56,191 nucleotides of DNA from Planctomycetota bacterium (GTDB lineage: Bacteria; Planctomycetota; Phycisphaerae; SM23-33): assembly GCA_034190305.1 (NCBI GenBank), contig JAXHSV010000001.1, forward strand, positions 1 to 56,191, read 5' to 3'. The notes below the pieces were generated by a model that saw only the letters and a program-made list of their open reading frames with translations, did no database searches and was not told where the DNA came from. Positions within the stretch are counted from its first letter, which is position 1. Every line of letters starts with the position of its first letter. A program made the translations under genes and the position numbers. Shown in pieces: positions 1-9,246 of this stretch.

Positions 1-2
1 GG

Positions 3-1073
3 GGCTGCCGCTCCGGGGTCAGCGGACCCTCGTTGAATGAATCTCTTCGAGGGGCTCGAGCGGTGGGGGCCACATATGTGCAAGTGCAGGTAGAACCATT
101 AGGCGAGGTGCCCAATAGCGGACTGCTGCTGCCGGTCGTCTCGCCCGATGGGCAATGGATCGCGTATCTTCAGTTTCGCGGCGAACAGTCGGTTGAACTG
201 GATAGCCTGTTCACCGGCAAAGGGTTGGAGGCAGTCTCGCTGCATGTGCAGGAGGTGCGGACGAACGCCCAAGTCCGATTGCTTTGTGCGGTAGGTGCTG
301 CCTGGCCGGCCTGGTCGACCGACAGCAAGCAGTTAACATTCGTTGCCTATAATGAGGCCGGCCGATGTGACCTGATAGTTTACGACATCACTACCGGAAA
401 TACCCGCCGCGTAAGCACAGGGCTGAAGCGGATGATGATGCCGGCGATATCGCCGACTGGCAAGGAAGTAGCCATCGTCGTTCCCTCTGTCGATCCGAAA
501 CCTTCACTACTGTACGTTGTGAGCCTGGATACCGGTAAGATGAAGCCTTGCCCGGATGATGACCCCAGCGTCCGCCAGCTCTGGCCACACTGGACGGCAG
601 ATGGGCGGATCGTGTACGTTCTCGGCCAGGGCGTACGAACGTGGCTGGCACAATGGAGCCCGGGGAAATTCCCACCGGAGAAATTGTGCGAAATCAATGT
701 GCCGTCTTCACGTATCGGGATGTACCAGACTTTAGCCGGCATGGGCCGGCCGATCAGCCCTGATGATCGTCGCTTTGCATACTACGACACCGCCCGCGAC
801 CGCATCGTTCTGGTGAACCTGCTGGATGGGCAGCGGACGGAATTGAAGGCGGAAACCCGTTCCGGCTGCTGGCTTGATTCGCGACGGTTTGTCGCGGCTA
901 CCGATGAGGAATTGCTTCTTTTCGCAGGTGCAGCCGAACCGTCCCGCCTCATGCGCGGCCCCTGGCTGCCGCGCCAAAGCGCCGACAAGACCGACCAACT
1001 CATTGCCTTGACACGCGGTCAGCATCGGCGGGTGTTCAACATGGTGCGAATGAAAGTGATTTCAGCAAGGTAG
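3..1073 (+). CDS. TolB-like periplasmic beta-propeller protein (PD40/WD40-like repeats); 5' end probably outside the window
   Basis: Recurring PD40-type signatures: SPDGQWIAY, STDSKQLTFVAY, SPTGKEVAIV, WTADGRIVYV, SPDDRRFAYY. The frame stays open back to nt 3. The listed TTG at 33 is not followed by a signal peptide. Confidence 0.6.
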   Translation, partial: GCRSGVSGPSLNESLRGARAVGATYVQVQVEPLGEVPNSGLLLPVVSPDGQWIAYLQFRGEQSVELDSLFTGKGLEAVSLHVQEVRTNAQVRLLCAVGAAWPAWSTDSKQLTFVAYNEAGRCDLIVYDITTGNTRRVSTGLKRMMMPAISPTGKEVAIVVPSVDPKPSLLYVVSLDTGKMKPCPDDDPSVRQLWPHWTADGRIVYVLGQGVRTWLAQWSPGKFPPEKLCEINVPSSRIGMYQTLAGMGRPISPDDRRFAYYDTARDRIVLVNLLDGQRTELKAETRSGCWLDSRRFVAATDEELLLFAGAAEPSRLMRGPWLPRQSADKTDQLIALTRGQHRRVFNMVRMKVISAR

Positions 1074-1255
1074 TTCTGCCCACGGCAACCTTTTAGGTTG
1101 ATATCTTCTGTGCCGGCAACAGTGCATTAGCAGCCTGTGGCGATGAAAAACACAGGGAAATGACGAGGATATCCATCATCCGAAGATTCCCGGAATACCT
1201 TTCCAGGCGGCGCTTTCTGCGCCACCGCACCGGCGACAGTTAAACAGACTACCGA

Positions 1256-1576
1256 TTACTGTGCAAAGCGGACGCCCACCGGTATATGTCCGATGTCCAG
1301 CATCTTCTTGCGGTCCACGCGGACGATTGTGGCGTCCACCGGTTGTTCGCTCAAACCGGCGAACTCAGGCCTGTTGTGGCTGCCGAGGGTTACGTATATG
1401 GGCTGGCCCGGCGATACCGGCGTTCCGACGGGAACATACATCAACATTCCACCGGCTGAAACGTCAACACTCCGCGCGGGGTATTCACGCTGGGACGGTC
1501 CATGATAGAATTGCACAGTTATCGAGAGGGGATGCCGGCTGTGCTTTCGACGTTCTGTCGGCACCTTCTGAACCAT
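1256..1576 (-). CDS. PilZ domain protein (putative c-di-GMP receptor)
   Basis: Single-domain protein of about 106 aa. RRKHSRHPL (RxxxR-type) is followed by DVSAGGMLM (DxSxxG-type). Confidence 0.7.
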   Translation of the reverse strand: MVQKVPTERRKHSRHPLSITVQFYHGPSQREYPARSVDVSAGGMLMYVPVGTPVSPGQPIYVTLGSHNRPEFAGLSEQPVDATIVRVDRKKMLDIGHIPVGVRFAQ

Positions 1577-1799
1577 AGGTCATATCCTAAACGCTAACGA
1601 GTAACCCCGACAGGCGGATTCTACACAATGCTCCTTTCCTTGGCCAGTATTGTAAAGAGAATATTTTAGTTGAGTGATTCTTCTGGCGTGTGATGAATGG
1701 TAGCCTACAATCGAAATTCGTAAGTTACGTCGTTTTCCCGCCGGCAAACGTCATGGTGGAGGCAGGAGTCGGCGGCGATTGGCGATTACGGAGAAAGCA

Positions 1800-2909
1800 A
1801 TGGCAAAGAGCAAAGTAAGTCGCATAGGCGTGTTGACCGGCGGCGGGGACTGCCCGGGCCTGAATGCCGTTATCCGGGCCGTCGCAAAGACCGGGATTTT
1901 CAAGTTCGGCATGGAAATTTTCGGTATCGAGGACGGGTTTCTGGGCTTGATCGAGGGCCGCATCCGCCCGTTGGACGTTTCGGACGTTTCGGGAATTCTG
2001 ACGGTCGGCGGGACGATACTGGGCGCGTCGAACAAGGCCAATCCCTCCCGGTTCAAGGTATTGGAGAACGGAAAGTGGGTCGAGAAGGACGTAACCGACC
2101 GGGTGCTTGAGAACTTCCGGAAGCACAAACTCGACGCCCTGGTCGTAGTCGGTGGCGACGGGACAATGGCCGGCGCCGCCAAACTTGTCGATCGCGGCAT
2201 AAGGATTGTCGGCGTGCCGAAGACGATCGACAACGACCTTCCCGGTACGGAGATAACCTTCGGGCACGACACAGCGGTTGCGACCGGTACGGATGCACTG
2301 GATAAGGTTCACTCCACAGCCTCCAGTCACCACCGCGTGATGGTGGTTGAACTGATGGGGCGATACGCCGGATGGCTTGCGCTGCGGAGCGGGCTTGCCA
2401 GCGGCGCCGACGTAATCCTCATTCCCGAGATACCTTTCAGTCTGGACGTAGTGGCCGAAGCCTGCCGGCGTCGCAGCATGCACGGTAAGCGTTTTACTCT
2501 CATCGCCGCAGGCGAGGGCGCTCACGAGGCGGGAGAAGGCATGATCATCGACCACGTGGATGAGTCCAGCCCCGAGCCGATCCGCCTTGGTGGGGTGGCG
2601 AAGTACGTCGCCGACAAAATCGAAACCCTCACGGGTCTGGAAAGCCGGGCCATCGTGCTGGGGCATGTGCAGCGAGGCGGGACGCCGACCGCATTCGATC
2701 GCATCCTGGCGACCGTACTGGCCCATCACGCCACGGAACTCCTGGCGGCGGGGAGGTTCGGAGAACTTGTCGTCGTCAGGGATGGGAAGATCGATTCTGT
2801 CCCGATAGGTTCCATTGCCGGCAGGATCCGCACGGTCCGGAACGATGATCCGCTGATGCTTGCGGCCAGGGCGGTGGGAACCTGCTTCGGCGATGTTATT
2901 GAGCGTTGA
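1800..2909 (+). CDS. pfkA: ATP-dependent 6-phosphofructokinase
   Basis: IGVLTGGGDCPGLNAVIRAV, VVGGDGTMAG, GVPKTIDNDL and MGRYAGWLAL motifs. An ATG at 1800 is preceded by GGAG; the ORF-track start at 1779 is an upstream TTG. Confidence 0.9.
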   Translation: MAKSKVSRIGVLTGGGDCPGLNAVIRAVAKTGIFKFGMEIFGIEDGFLGLIEGRIRPLDVSDVSGILTVGGTILGASNKANPSRFKVLENGKWVEKDVTDRVLENFRKHKLDALVVVGGDGTMAGAAKLVDRGIRIVGVPKTIDNDLPGTEITFGHDTAVATGTDALDKVHSTASSHHRVMVVELMGRYAGWLALRSGLASGADVILIPEIPFSLDVVAEACRRRSMHGKRFTLIAAGEGAHEAGEGMIIDHVDESSPEPIRLGGVAKYVADKIETLTGLESRAIVLGHVQRGGTPTAFDRILATVLAHHATELLAAGRFGELVVVRDGKIDSVPIGSIAGRIRTVRNDDPLMLAARAVGTCFGDVIER

Positions 2910-2919
2910 TAACCGTCGG

Positions 2920-3966
2920 TTACCATTCTTCCAGCTCGCCGACTATCTCCTCGACGAGGTCCTTGACCGTTACCAGTCCGACGTACTTGCCGGTCTGCGA
3001 GACGACCAGACCCATCACCTCTCGCCGCTGCTGCATTCGCACAAGCGCCTCGATGACTGAAAGATGTTCGCCCAGCGTCAGCGGTTCGGTGATGTGTGCC
3101 GCCGGTGATGCTTCGGGACCATTATCCAGCAGGACGTCGTAAGCGTTAAGAACGCCGACGATGTTGTCCCTGCCGCCGGAATAAACGCCGAATCGAGGAT
3201 GCCCGTGCCGGCGCAGCAGTTCGCGCACTTGCTCGATCGAAGCCGATTCTTCAACGAGCACCGCCTCATCCAGCGGAACCATAACGTCCGGCATTTTGAC
3301 GCGCGAGATATTGACGATGCGTTCGGCTATTGCCGATTGCGTATGCGTCAGCGCACCACCGGCCCGACCTTCGGCGAGAATGCCCGTTACATGCCGGCTG
3401 TGAAAAAACGGCATCTCCTCCTGTGAAGAGGCTCCAAATCGCGAACTTTGCGATTTGGAGTCCTCGCCCCATCGTTGTCCGGCGAGTTTCATTACCATCC
3501 ACATCATTCCGTGAATCATGCCCGCAAGCCCCAGCGCCGAGAATACCCGACGGGAAAAATCCAGAAAAATTGAAAAGGCGTAGGTGAGCGTCTCGGCATG
3601 GCGATGAAAAAGGTTCTTGGGAAGCAGTTCGCAGAAGATGAAGATTACCGGCGTCAGGATCGCCACGGAATACCACTCGGCGTGTAACCATCCTCTGTGG
3701 GTCAATATCACCACCATCCCGGCGGAGGCGAGGTAATTGGCAAAGTTGTTCCCGACAAGCAGGACGACGATTGCTCTTCCGAGGTGGCGATGAATGTCTA
3801 ATAACCTGCGAGCCGACCGGTTTCCGGAGGCCGAGCGAAGGTCCAGGCGAATCTTGTTGACCGCGTAGCATCCCGTCTCCATCCCGCTGTAGAGGAACGA
3901 CAGGACCATTCCTGTCAGCAGCATCGCCCATCCGGCGGCTTGAACAATATATACCGAGGCAATCAT
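2920..3966 (-). CDS. CNNM/hemolysin-family membrane protein (DUF21 + CBS pair, no CorC_HlyC tail)
   Basis: Starts MIASVYIVQAAGWAMLL...GMETGCYAVNKIRL (DUF21), followed by CBS-like segments. The ATG overlaps the stop of the upstream paralog (ATGA at 3963-3966). The longer ORF-track start at 4191 lies inside the upstream gene. Confidence 0.75.
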   Translation of the reverse strand: MIASVYIVQAAGWAMLLTGMVLSFLYSGMETGCYAVNKIRLDLRSASGNRSARRLLDIHRHLGRAIVVLLVGNNFANYLASAGMVVILTHRGWLHAEWYSVAILTPVIFIFCELLPKNLFHRHAETLTYAFSIFLDFSRRVFSALGLAGMIHGMMWMVMKLAGQRWGEDSKSQSSRFGASSQEEMPFFHSRHVTGILAEGRAGGALTHTQSAIAERIVNISRVKMPDVMVPLDEAVLVEESASIEQVRELLRRHGHPRFGVYSGGRDNIVGVLNAYDVLLDNGPEASPAAHITEPLTLGEHLSVIEALVRMQQRREVMGLVVSQTGKYVGLVTVKDLVEEIVGELEEW

Positions 3967-5246
3967 TCCGGGCCCTCCAGCAATTGCACCCGCAGCAGTG
4001 CGATCCGCCTTCGCCGCATCTCCTCGACCGTAAAGGTTACGTTGCGATATTCTGCCTGTTCGCCGACGCTCGGAATGTGCCCCAGCAGAGACACTACAAA
4101 TCCACCGACGGTGTTGAAGCGAGCGCCGGCCAGGTCGGTCGGAAAAGCGTCGGTCCATTCGTGAATCGGAAGGTCGGCATCGACAAGCCACTGTCCCGGC
4201 CCCACCCGCCTGACGACCGGTACAGGCCTGTGGTCCATGCCTTCGGTAATCTCGCCGACAATTTCCTCAAGGACGTCTTCGAGGGTTACAAGCCCGGCTG
4301 TTCCGCCGTATTCATCAACCACAACGGCCAGTTGGCTACCCGTCGCCCGAAAGTGCACCAGCAGGCGTTCGAGCGGGGCCGATTCAGGGACGAATCTGAT
4401 CTCATCGGCGGCGGCGCGCAGGGTCAGTTCAGAATCGGCCAGAAGATGTTTGACGTGCACCACACCGACGATGTGGTCGAGATCACCTTCATATACCGGC
4501 GCGCGAGTAATGTGTTTTTCGCGGGCCAGTTCCAGCAATTCATCGACAGGCGAATTCACGTCGCAGGCAACGATGTCCACGCGAGGCGCCATGATGTCTC
4601 TTGCCTTTCGGTCCGTCAGTTCAAGGACTTCCTGGAGCAGTTCGCCCTCATCGGCATTGATCAGTCCCCGCTTCTGGGAAAGGGTCAGCAGGGCGCTCAT
4701 TTCTTCGGCGACAAGATTGCTCCGACTGTCTCCCGACGGCGCCATCAGGCGGGTCAGCGGATTAATCAGCCCGGTGATGAGTATGCGCCGGATCGGTTTG
4801 ATGCCTCGGTCCAGCACCGCCAGGAACGGCGCCGCCGGAGGCGCCAGACGCCAAGCCCAGATATAGGCCAGTGTTTTGGGGATAATCTCGGCTGCGATTA
4901 CCATAGCGACGAACGTTACAACCGCCATCCCAATCGCCCAGAATTCGCCGCCGCGAACCTGTGTACGAACTTTTATGATCAGTAAAGTCGAGACCACGAA
5001 GTAGAGAATGTTAACGATATCGGTCCCCAGCAAGACCGTAGTAAGCACGCTTGCCGGTCTGCGCATCAGCGATGCAGCCAGTCGGGCGCTGCGACGGGAG
5101 TCTCGCTCCAACTGGTACAACTGGCTTCGGGACAGGCTGAACAGCGCAGTTTCAGCCCCGGCGAAATAGGCAGACGCCGTCAGAAGAACCAACAGCAAGC
5201 CCACCTGCCAGACCTGCTCAACAAGAAATTCCCCGATAGTCAACAC
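3963..5246 (-). CDS. Hemolysin/CorC-family protein (DUF21 + CBS pair + CorC_HlyC domain)
   Basis: Has AGAETALFSLSRSQL (DUF21), a CBS pair (DIMAPRVDIV..., VDEYGGTAGLVTLEDVLEEIVGEI) and a C-terminal transporter-associated domain. Confidence 0.8.
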   Translation of the reverse strand: MLTIGEFLVEQVWQVGLLLVLLTASAYFAGAETALFSLSRSQLYQLERDSRRSARLAASLMRRPASVLTTVLLGTDIVNILYFVVSTLLIIKVRTQVRGGEFWAIGMAVVTFVAMVIAAEIIPKTLAYIWAWRLAPPAAPFLAVLDRGIKPIRRILITGLINPLTRLMAPSGDSRSNLVAEEMSALLTLSQKRGLINADEGELLQEVLELTDRKARDIMAPRVDIVACDVNSPVDELLELAREKHITRAPVYEGDLDHIVGVVHVKHLLADSELTLRAAADEIRFVPESAPLERLLVHFRATGSQLAVVVDEYGGTAGLVTLEDVLEEIVGEITEGMDHRPVPVVRRVGPGQWLVDADLPIHEWTDAFPTDLAGARFNTVGGFVVSLLGHIPSVGEQAEYRNVTFTVEEMRRRRIALLRVQLLEGPE

Positions 5247-5249
5247 TAT

Positions 5250-5936
5250 CTATCTCATCCAATATGATGGTGAAAGCATGTAGTTATCATGTCCACAGAC
5301 GATTACATCGGCGATTTCAATCAGGTCGGTCAGGCTTTCGGCGGCGGTTTCGGCGTCGGCGCAGCCGCTCCAGACACGCCCTGCCAGGACGTGATCGGAG
5401 GTGATTGCCGCATCGCCGGCCACTAGGACCGTCCGGACAGGACCGGCCAAAAGAAGACCGGCCGAACCGACAGAGGCGCCTCGCAGCGGATATAAATGAA
5501 CTGCGGGGGTGAACTTCTCAGGGGAAGGCTCAAACCGCTCCACTATCTTCATGTCCGCCGACAAAGCCGATTCGACAGCACTATCCAGCCGTTCGGATGA
5601 ATTGGCCATCCCCTCCAGGTGCTGCCTATATGCCGATAGTTCAGCCTCATCGCACGTCCACCGGGCGCATCCAAACGCTTCTATCCCTCGCCGGTGCGTC
5701 GGGCGCAAAGTCGTGCAGAATATGTCGGTGATGCTTTCCGCCTTTAGGCCTGTACGCTCGAACAGACGCGCCTCCAGCGCCGCTTCCGGTAAAGACGGGT
5801 CCACAAGGATTAACCGCTCGCCGTCGCGGATAAGCGTCGTTGTCGCATGAGCCGTCCTAACCCCCGGACCATCGGACCAGAACGGGTTGCTCGATAGCGT
5901 ACCTATACTTACAACTGTGAACTCAACGCTCATCAC
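5250..5936 (-). CDS. MBL-fold-like protein with a degenerate metal-binding motif
   Basis: Beta-lactamase-fold-like layout (LILVDPSLP..., LVAGDAAITSDH..., VCGHD). The position of HxHxDH reads TTLRPTHRRG. Confidence 0.5.
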   Translation of the reverse strand: MMSVEFTVVSIGTLSSNPFWSDGPGVRTAHATTTLIRDGERLILVDPSLPEAALEARLFERTGLKAESITDIFCTTLRPTHRRGIEAFGCARWTCDEAELSAYRQHLEGMANSSERLDSAVESALSADMKIVERFEPSPEKFTPAVHLYPLRGASVGSAGLLLAGPVRTVLVAGDAAITSDHVLAGRVWSGCADAETAAESLTDLIEIADVIVCGHDNYMLSPSYWMR

Positions 5937-5944
5937 TTCCTACC

Positions 5945-6874
5945 TTACACCCCTGACTCGAAATAATTAATCGCTTTTTCGGCAATATCTTCGGCAGTCG
6001 CATCTTCTGCCGCGTCAATCCATCGAACGTCTCTAAACCGCCGGAACCACGTCCGCTGACGCTTTGCGAATTGACGCGTGTTTATTTTTATCTGCTCAAC
6101 GGCTTCATCGAGGCTTAATTTGCCTTCCAGGTGTTCTATCATCTCGGCGTATCCAAGCGCCTGAGCAGCCTGGTGAGACAATCCGGCAGGTTCGTCGAGC
6201 AGCGCCGCCACTTCGTCGCGCAGGCCTTGTTCAATCATTCGCCTGACACGGGCGTTTATTCGCCAGTTCGTATCTTCCCTGCTTCGCCGCAGGCCGATGA
6301 AGAGACAGTCGTATCGCCGCGCGGGCTTATCCCACTGCCTTTGAAGTCGGCTGATAGGTTCGCCCGTCAGCAAATAGACCTCCAGGGCGCGGACGATGCG
6401 CTTCTCGTCGTTGGGATGGATTCGACCGGCGGATTCCGGGTCAATCCGGGTCAATTCATCGTGCAGGACCGCCAGACCTTCGGCGGCGGCGCGACGCTTC
6501 AGTTCGCCGCGAATCTCCGCATCCGCGCCCGGACCTTCGAAAAGACCCTCCGAAAGCGACTTGAGGTACAAGGCTGTTCCGCCGACGGCAAGGACAACGT
6601 CTCCTGCTGTGGATATATCGTCAACGGCCCGATCGGCAAATTCAACGTAACGAGCCACGCTGAAAGATTCGCTCGGTTCGACGATGTCGATGCAGTGATG
6701 CGAAATTTCCGCCCGGTCGGCAAGACTTGGCTTGCCCGTTCCGATGTCCATCCGGCGATAGACCTTCATCGAATCGACGCTGACGATCTGTCCGCCCAAC
6801 CTGCGGGCCAGAACTCGCCCGACAGCACCCTTGCCGCAGGCAGTGCAACCCAGTATGAAAAATATGCGCGCCAT
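5945..6874 (-). CDS. miaA: tRNA dimethylallyltransferase
   Basis: MARIFFILGCTACGKGAV P-loop, SVDSMKVYRRMDIGTGKP, and the C-terminal FAKRQRTWFRR motif. Start taken at the internal ATG (M35 of the ORF-track protein). Confidence 0.9.
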   Translation of the reverse strand: MARIFFILGCTACGKGAVGRVLARRLGGQIVSVDSMKVYRRMDIGTGKPSLADRAEISHHCIDIVEPSESFSVARYVEFADRAVDDISTAGDVVLAVGGTALYLKSLSEGLFEGPGADAEIRGELKRRAAAEGLAVLHDELTRIDPESAGRIHPNDEKRIVRALEVYLLTGEPISRLQRQWDKPARRYDCLFIGLRRSREDTNWRINARVRRMIEQGLRDEVAALLDEPAGLSHQAAQALGYAEMIEHLEGKLSLDEAVEQIKINTRQFAKRQRTWFRRFRDVRWIDAAEDATAEDIAEKAINYFESGV

Positions 6875-7002
6875 AAATTCCATTAATATCCGCAAACTGC
6901 ATAAACAAAAAGAAATATCAAAGGAGAAAAAGTTCGCTCCGTCTTCGGACCATACCATCCTTCCTTGACAAATCATTGTTTCAGCAATACTTTCTCGCGG
7001 AC

Positions 7003-8043
7003 ATGAATACCCAAAGCGATATTTCTGTAGAGCGGGACCAAAGCGGGCGAGTTGTCCGCGTCGTCGGTCCGGGACTGGTGGACCTTCAGATTAACGGATA
7101 CGCAGGGACGAGTTTCAACCATCCGCCGGAGGACATCAACGTCGAAACCCTCCGGCCTGCTTTTGAGAAGATGCGCCGCCGGGGTGTGGTTGCGATTCTG
7201 GCGACTGTTGGAACCGCCCCGATGGATGAAATGCTCGCCGGTATCCGGCGCATCACTTCCTTGCGGAAGCAGGATTCGCTGCTCGCTTCGATGATCGCCG
7301 GTTTCCACATCGAGGGACCCATGATCAGTTCCGAGGACGGCCCGCGCGGGGCTCACGAAGCAGAATACATTATTGCCCCAAACGACGCGCCGGGATTCCT
7401 TGACGACCTCCAGGACGCTTCCGGCGGAACGATTCGCATCTTTACGCTCGCACCGGAACTGCCCGGCGCGATGGAACTTATCGCCAGGGCCGACGCCGCC
7501 GGTATCGTCGTGGCGCTGGGACACCTGAACGCCGACGCCGGGTCAATCGACCGGGCGGTCCGGGCAGGCGCCAAAATGTGCACACACCTGGGCAACGGTT
7601 CGCACGCGATGCTGCCTCGCCTGGATAACTATGTTCAGTATCAACTTGCCGACGACCGTCTTGCAGCCAGTTTCATCGCCGACGGGCATCATGTACCCTT
7701 CCCGACGCTGAAAAACTTTATTCGCGCCAAGACTCCTCAGCGGAGCGTGCTGATAACCGATGCGATCATAGCGGCGGACATGCCGCCGGGATATACCTAC
7801 GGCCACGGCAGGCGGGTTCGCAAGGTCGATCCGGACGGAGCAGTCCGCCTTCCGGGAACGCCCTACCTGGCCGGTTCGGCTCTGACGTTGGATATGGCCG
7901 TTGTGAACACATTCCGGAACTGCGACGTACCATTCGAGACGGCATGGGCAATGGCATCGACCCAACCGGCGGAACTGGTGGGCCTGCCCGTTCCGGAAAT
8001 GGTCCAGGTGGATGTTACCGACAAGGGTTTTACCAGACATTAA
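7003..8043 (+). CDS. N-acetylglucosamine-6-phosphate deacetylase-family amidohydrolase (paralog 1)
   Basis: LVDLQINGYAG (E. coli-type QxN in place of HxH), LAPELPGAMELI, VALGHLNA, CTHLGNGS, IADGHHV and LITDAI. Confidence 0.75.
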   Translation: MNTQSDISVERDQSGRVVRVVGPGLVDLQINGYAGTSFNHPPEDINVETLRPAFEKMRRRGVVAILATVGTAPMDEMLAGIRRITSLRKQDSLLASMIAGFHIEGPMISSEDGPRGAHEAEYIIAPNDAPGFLDDLQDASGGTIRIFTLAPELPGAMELIARADAAGIVVALGHLNADAGSIDRAVRAGAKMCTHLGNGSHAMLPRLDNYVQYQLADDRLAASFIADGHHVPFPTLKNFIRAKTPQRSVLITDAIIAADMPPGYTYGHGRRVRKVDPDGAVRLPGTPYLAGSALTLDMAVVNTFRNCDVPFETAWAMASTQPAELVGLPVPEMVQVDVTDKGFTRH

Positions 8044-8186
8044 ACCATAGGCTGGAACGGAGCGAAGATATAAGGTGAAACTCTGCGGAGTTTATCCACC
8101 TTTGCCTCCAGACCGGCGGGTTCGCTCGTCGCCGTACCGGCAACGGCTAAACAAAAGGACAAAATTTTCGGAAATTCTGCTCAAAG

Positions 8187-9227
8187 ATGAATACAGATAA
8201 CGATATTTCGGTAATGCGGGACGAAAACGGACGAATTGTCGGCGCTTCGGGGTCCGGACTGGTGGACCTCCAGGTCAACGGATACGCCGGCGTGGATTTC
8301 AACGATTCGGATGTCGAACGCCTTACCCTTGATAAGGTCAGGGGCGCATTCGAGGCGATGCGGCGCTGCGGCGTGGTGAGCGTACTGGTGACAATCGTTA
8401 CCGGCCCGATAAAGGAGATGATCGCCCGGGTCGCCCGGATGGTCGAGTTGCAAAAGCAGGATGATCTGCTGAAAACAATGATTGCAGGCTTTCACATTGA
8501 AGGTCCGCTTATCAGCGGCGAGGACGGCCCGCGTGGTGCGCATCCCGCCGAAAACGTAATGACGCCGCAGGATACTCCAAACCTGCTGGACGAACTGCAA
8601 TCTGCCGCCGAAGGTGCGGTTCGCCTGCTCACCCTTGCGCCGGAACTGCCCGGCGCGATGGAACTGATCGCCAAGGCCGCTGCCGACGGTATCACCGTGG
8701 CGCTGGGCCATCATAACGCCGACGCCGAGACAATCGACCGGGCGGTCCGGGCCGGCGCTAGGATGTGCACGCATCTGGGAAACGGTTCGCACATGATGCT
8801 CCCCCGGCTGGACAATTACCTCCAGCGACAACTTGCCGACGACCGCCTGTCAGCCAGTTTCATCGCAGACGGACACCACATCCCCTTCACAACGCTGAAG
8901 AACTTCATCCGCGCCAAGACTCCTCGCCGAAGCATACTTGTAACCGATGCTATCATGGCGGCAAACATGCCGCCGGGACAGTATCAGGTCGGAGAAGTTA
9001 CCTGCCGGGTCGAACCGAACGGAATGGTCTGGAAACCGGGAGAAGCATTCCTGGTCGGTTCAGCCCTGACAATGGACCGAGCCGTACTGAACGTCGCCGG
9101 GCGCTGCGACGTATCGTTCGAGACGGCGTGGGCCATGGCATCGACCCAGCCGGCTGAACTGGTGGGCATGCCGAAACCGGCGAGAATCGAAGTGGACGTC
9201 ATCGACAACAACTTCGTCAGAAAATAA
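8187..9227 (+). CDS. N-acetylglucosamine-6-phosphate deacetylase-family amidohydrolase (paralog 2, tandem duplicate)
   Basis: Colinear with the 7003-8043 product over its full length (LVDLQVNGYAG, LAPELPGAMELI, CTHLGNGS, IADGHHIPF, LVTDAI). Confidence 0.75.
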   Translation: MNTDNDISVMRDENGRIVGASGSGLVDLQVNGYAGVDFNDSDVERLTLDKVRGAFEAMRRCGVVSVLVTIVTGPIKEMIARVARMVELQKQDDLLKTMIAGFHIEGPLISGEDGPRGAHPAENVMTPQDTPNLLDELQSAAEGAVRLLTLAPELPGAMELIAKAAADGITVALGHHNADAETIDRAVRAGARMCTHLGNGSHMMLPRLDNYLQRQLADDRLSASFIADGHHIPFTTLKNFIRAKTPRRSILVTDAIMAANMPPGQYQVGEVTCRVEPNGMVWKPGEAFLVGSALTMDRAVLNVAGRCDVSFETAWAMASTQPAELVGMPKPARIEVDVIDNNFVRK

Positions 9228-9246
9228 GGTTATTTATAAACCCGCT

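Noticed and set aside
1725-2729. Long antisense or alternative-frame ORFs. Examples: 1725-2729, 3984-4985, 9857-10624, 16240-17142, 27809-28852, 39498-40421, 44998-45765, 45987-46790, 50667-51440.
   Set aside because: Each overlaps a confidently identified gene on the other strand or in another frame (pfkA, the CorC-family gene, the anSME, pgpH, tsf/rpsB, the oxidoreductase, the MBL gene, the secreted protein, guaB). Each has low-complexity Arg/Pro/Ser-rich translations.
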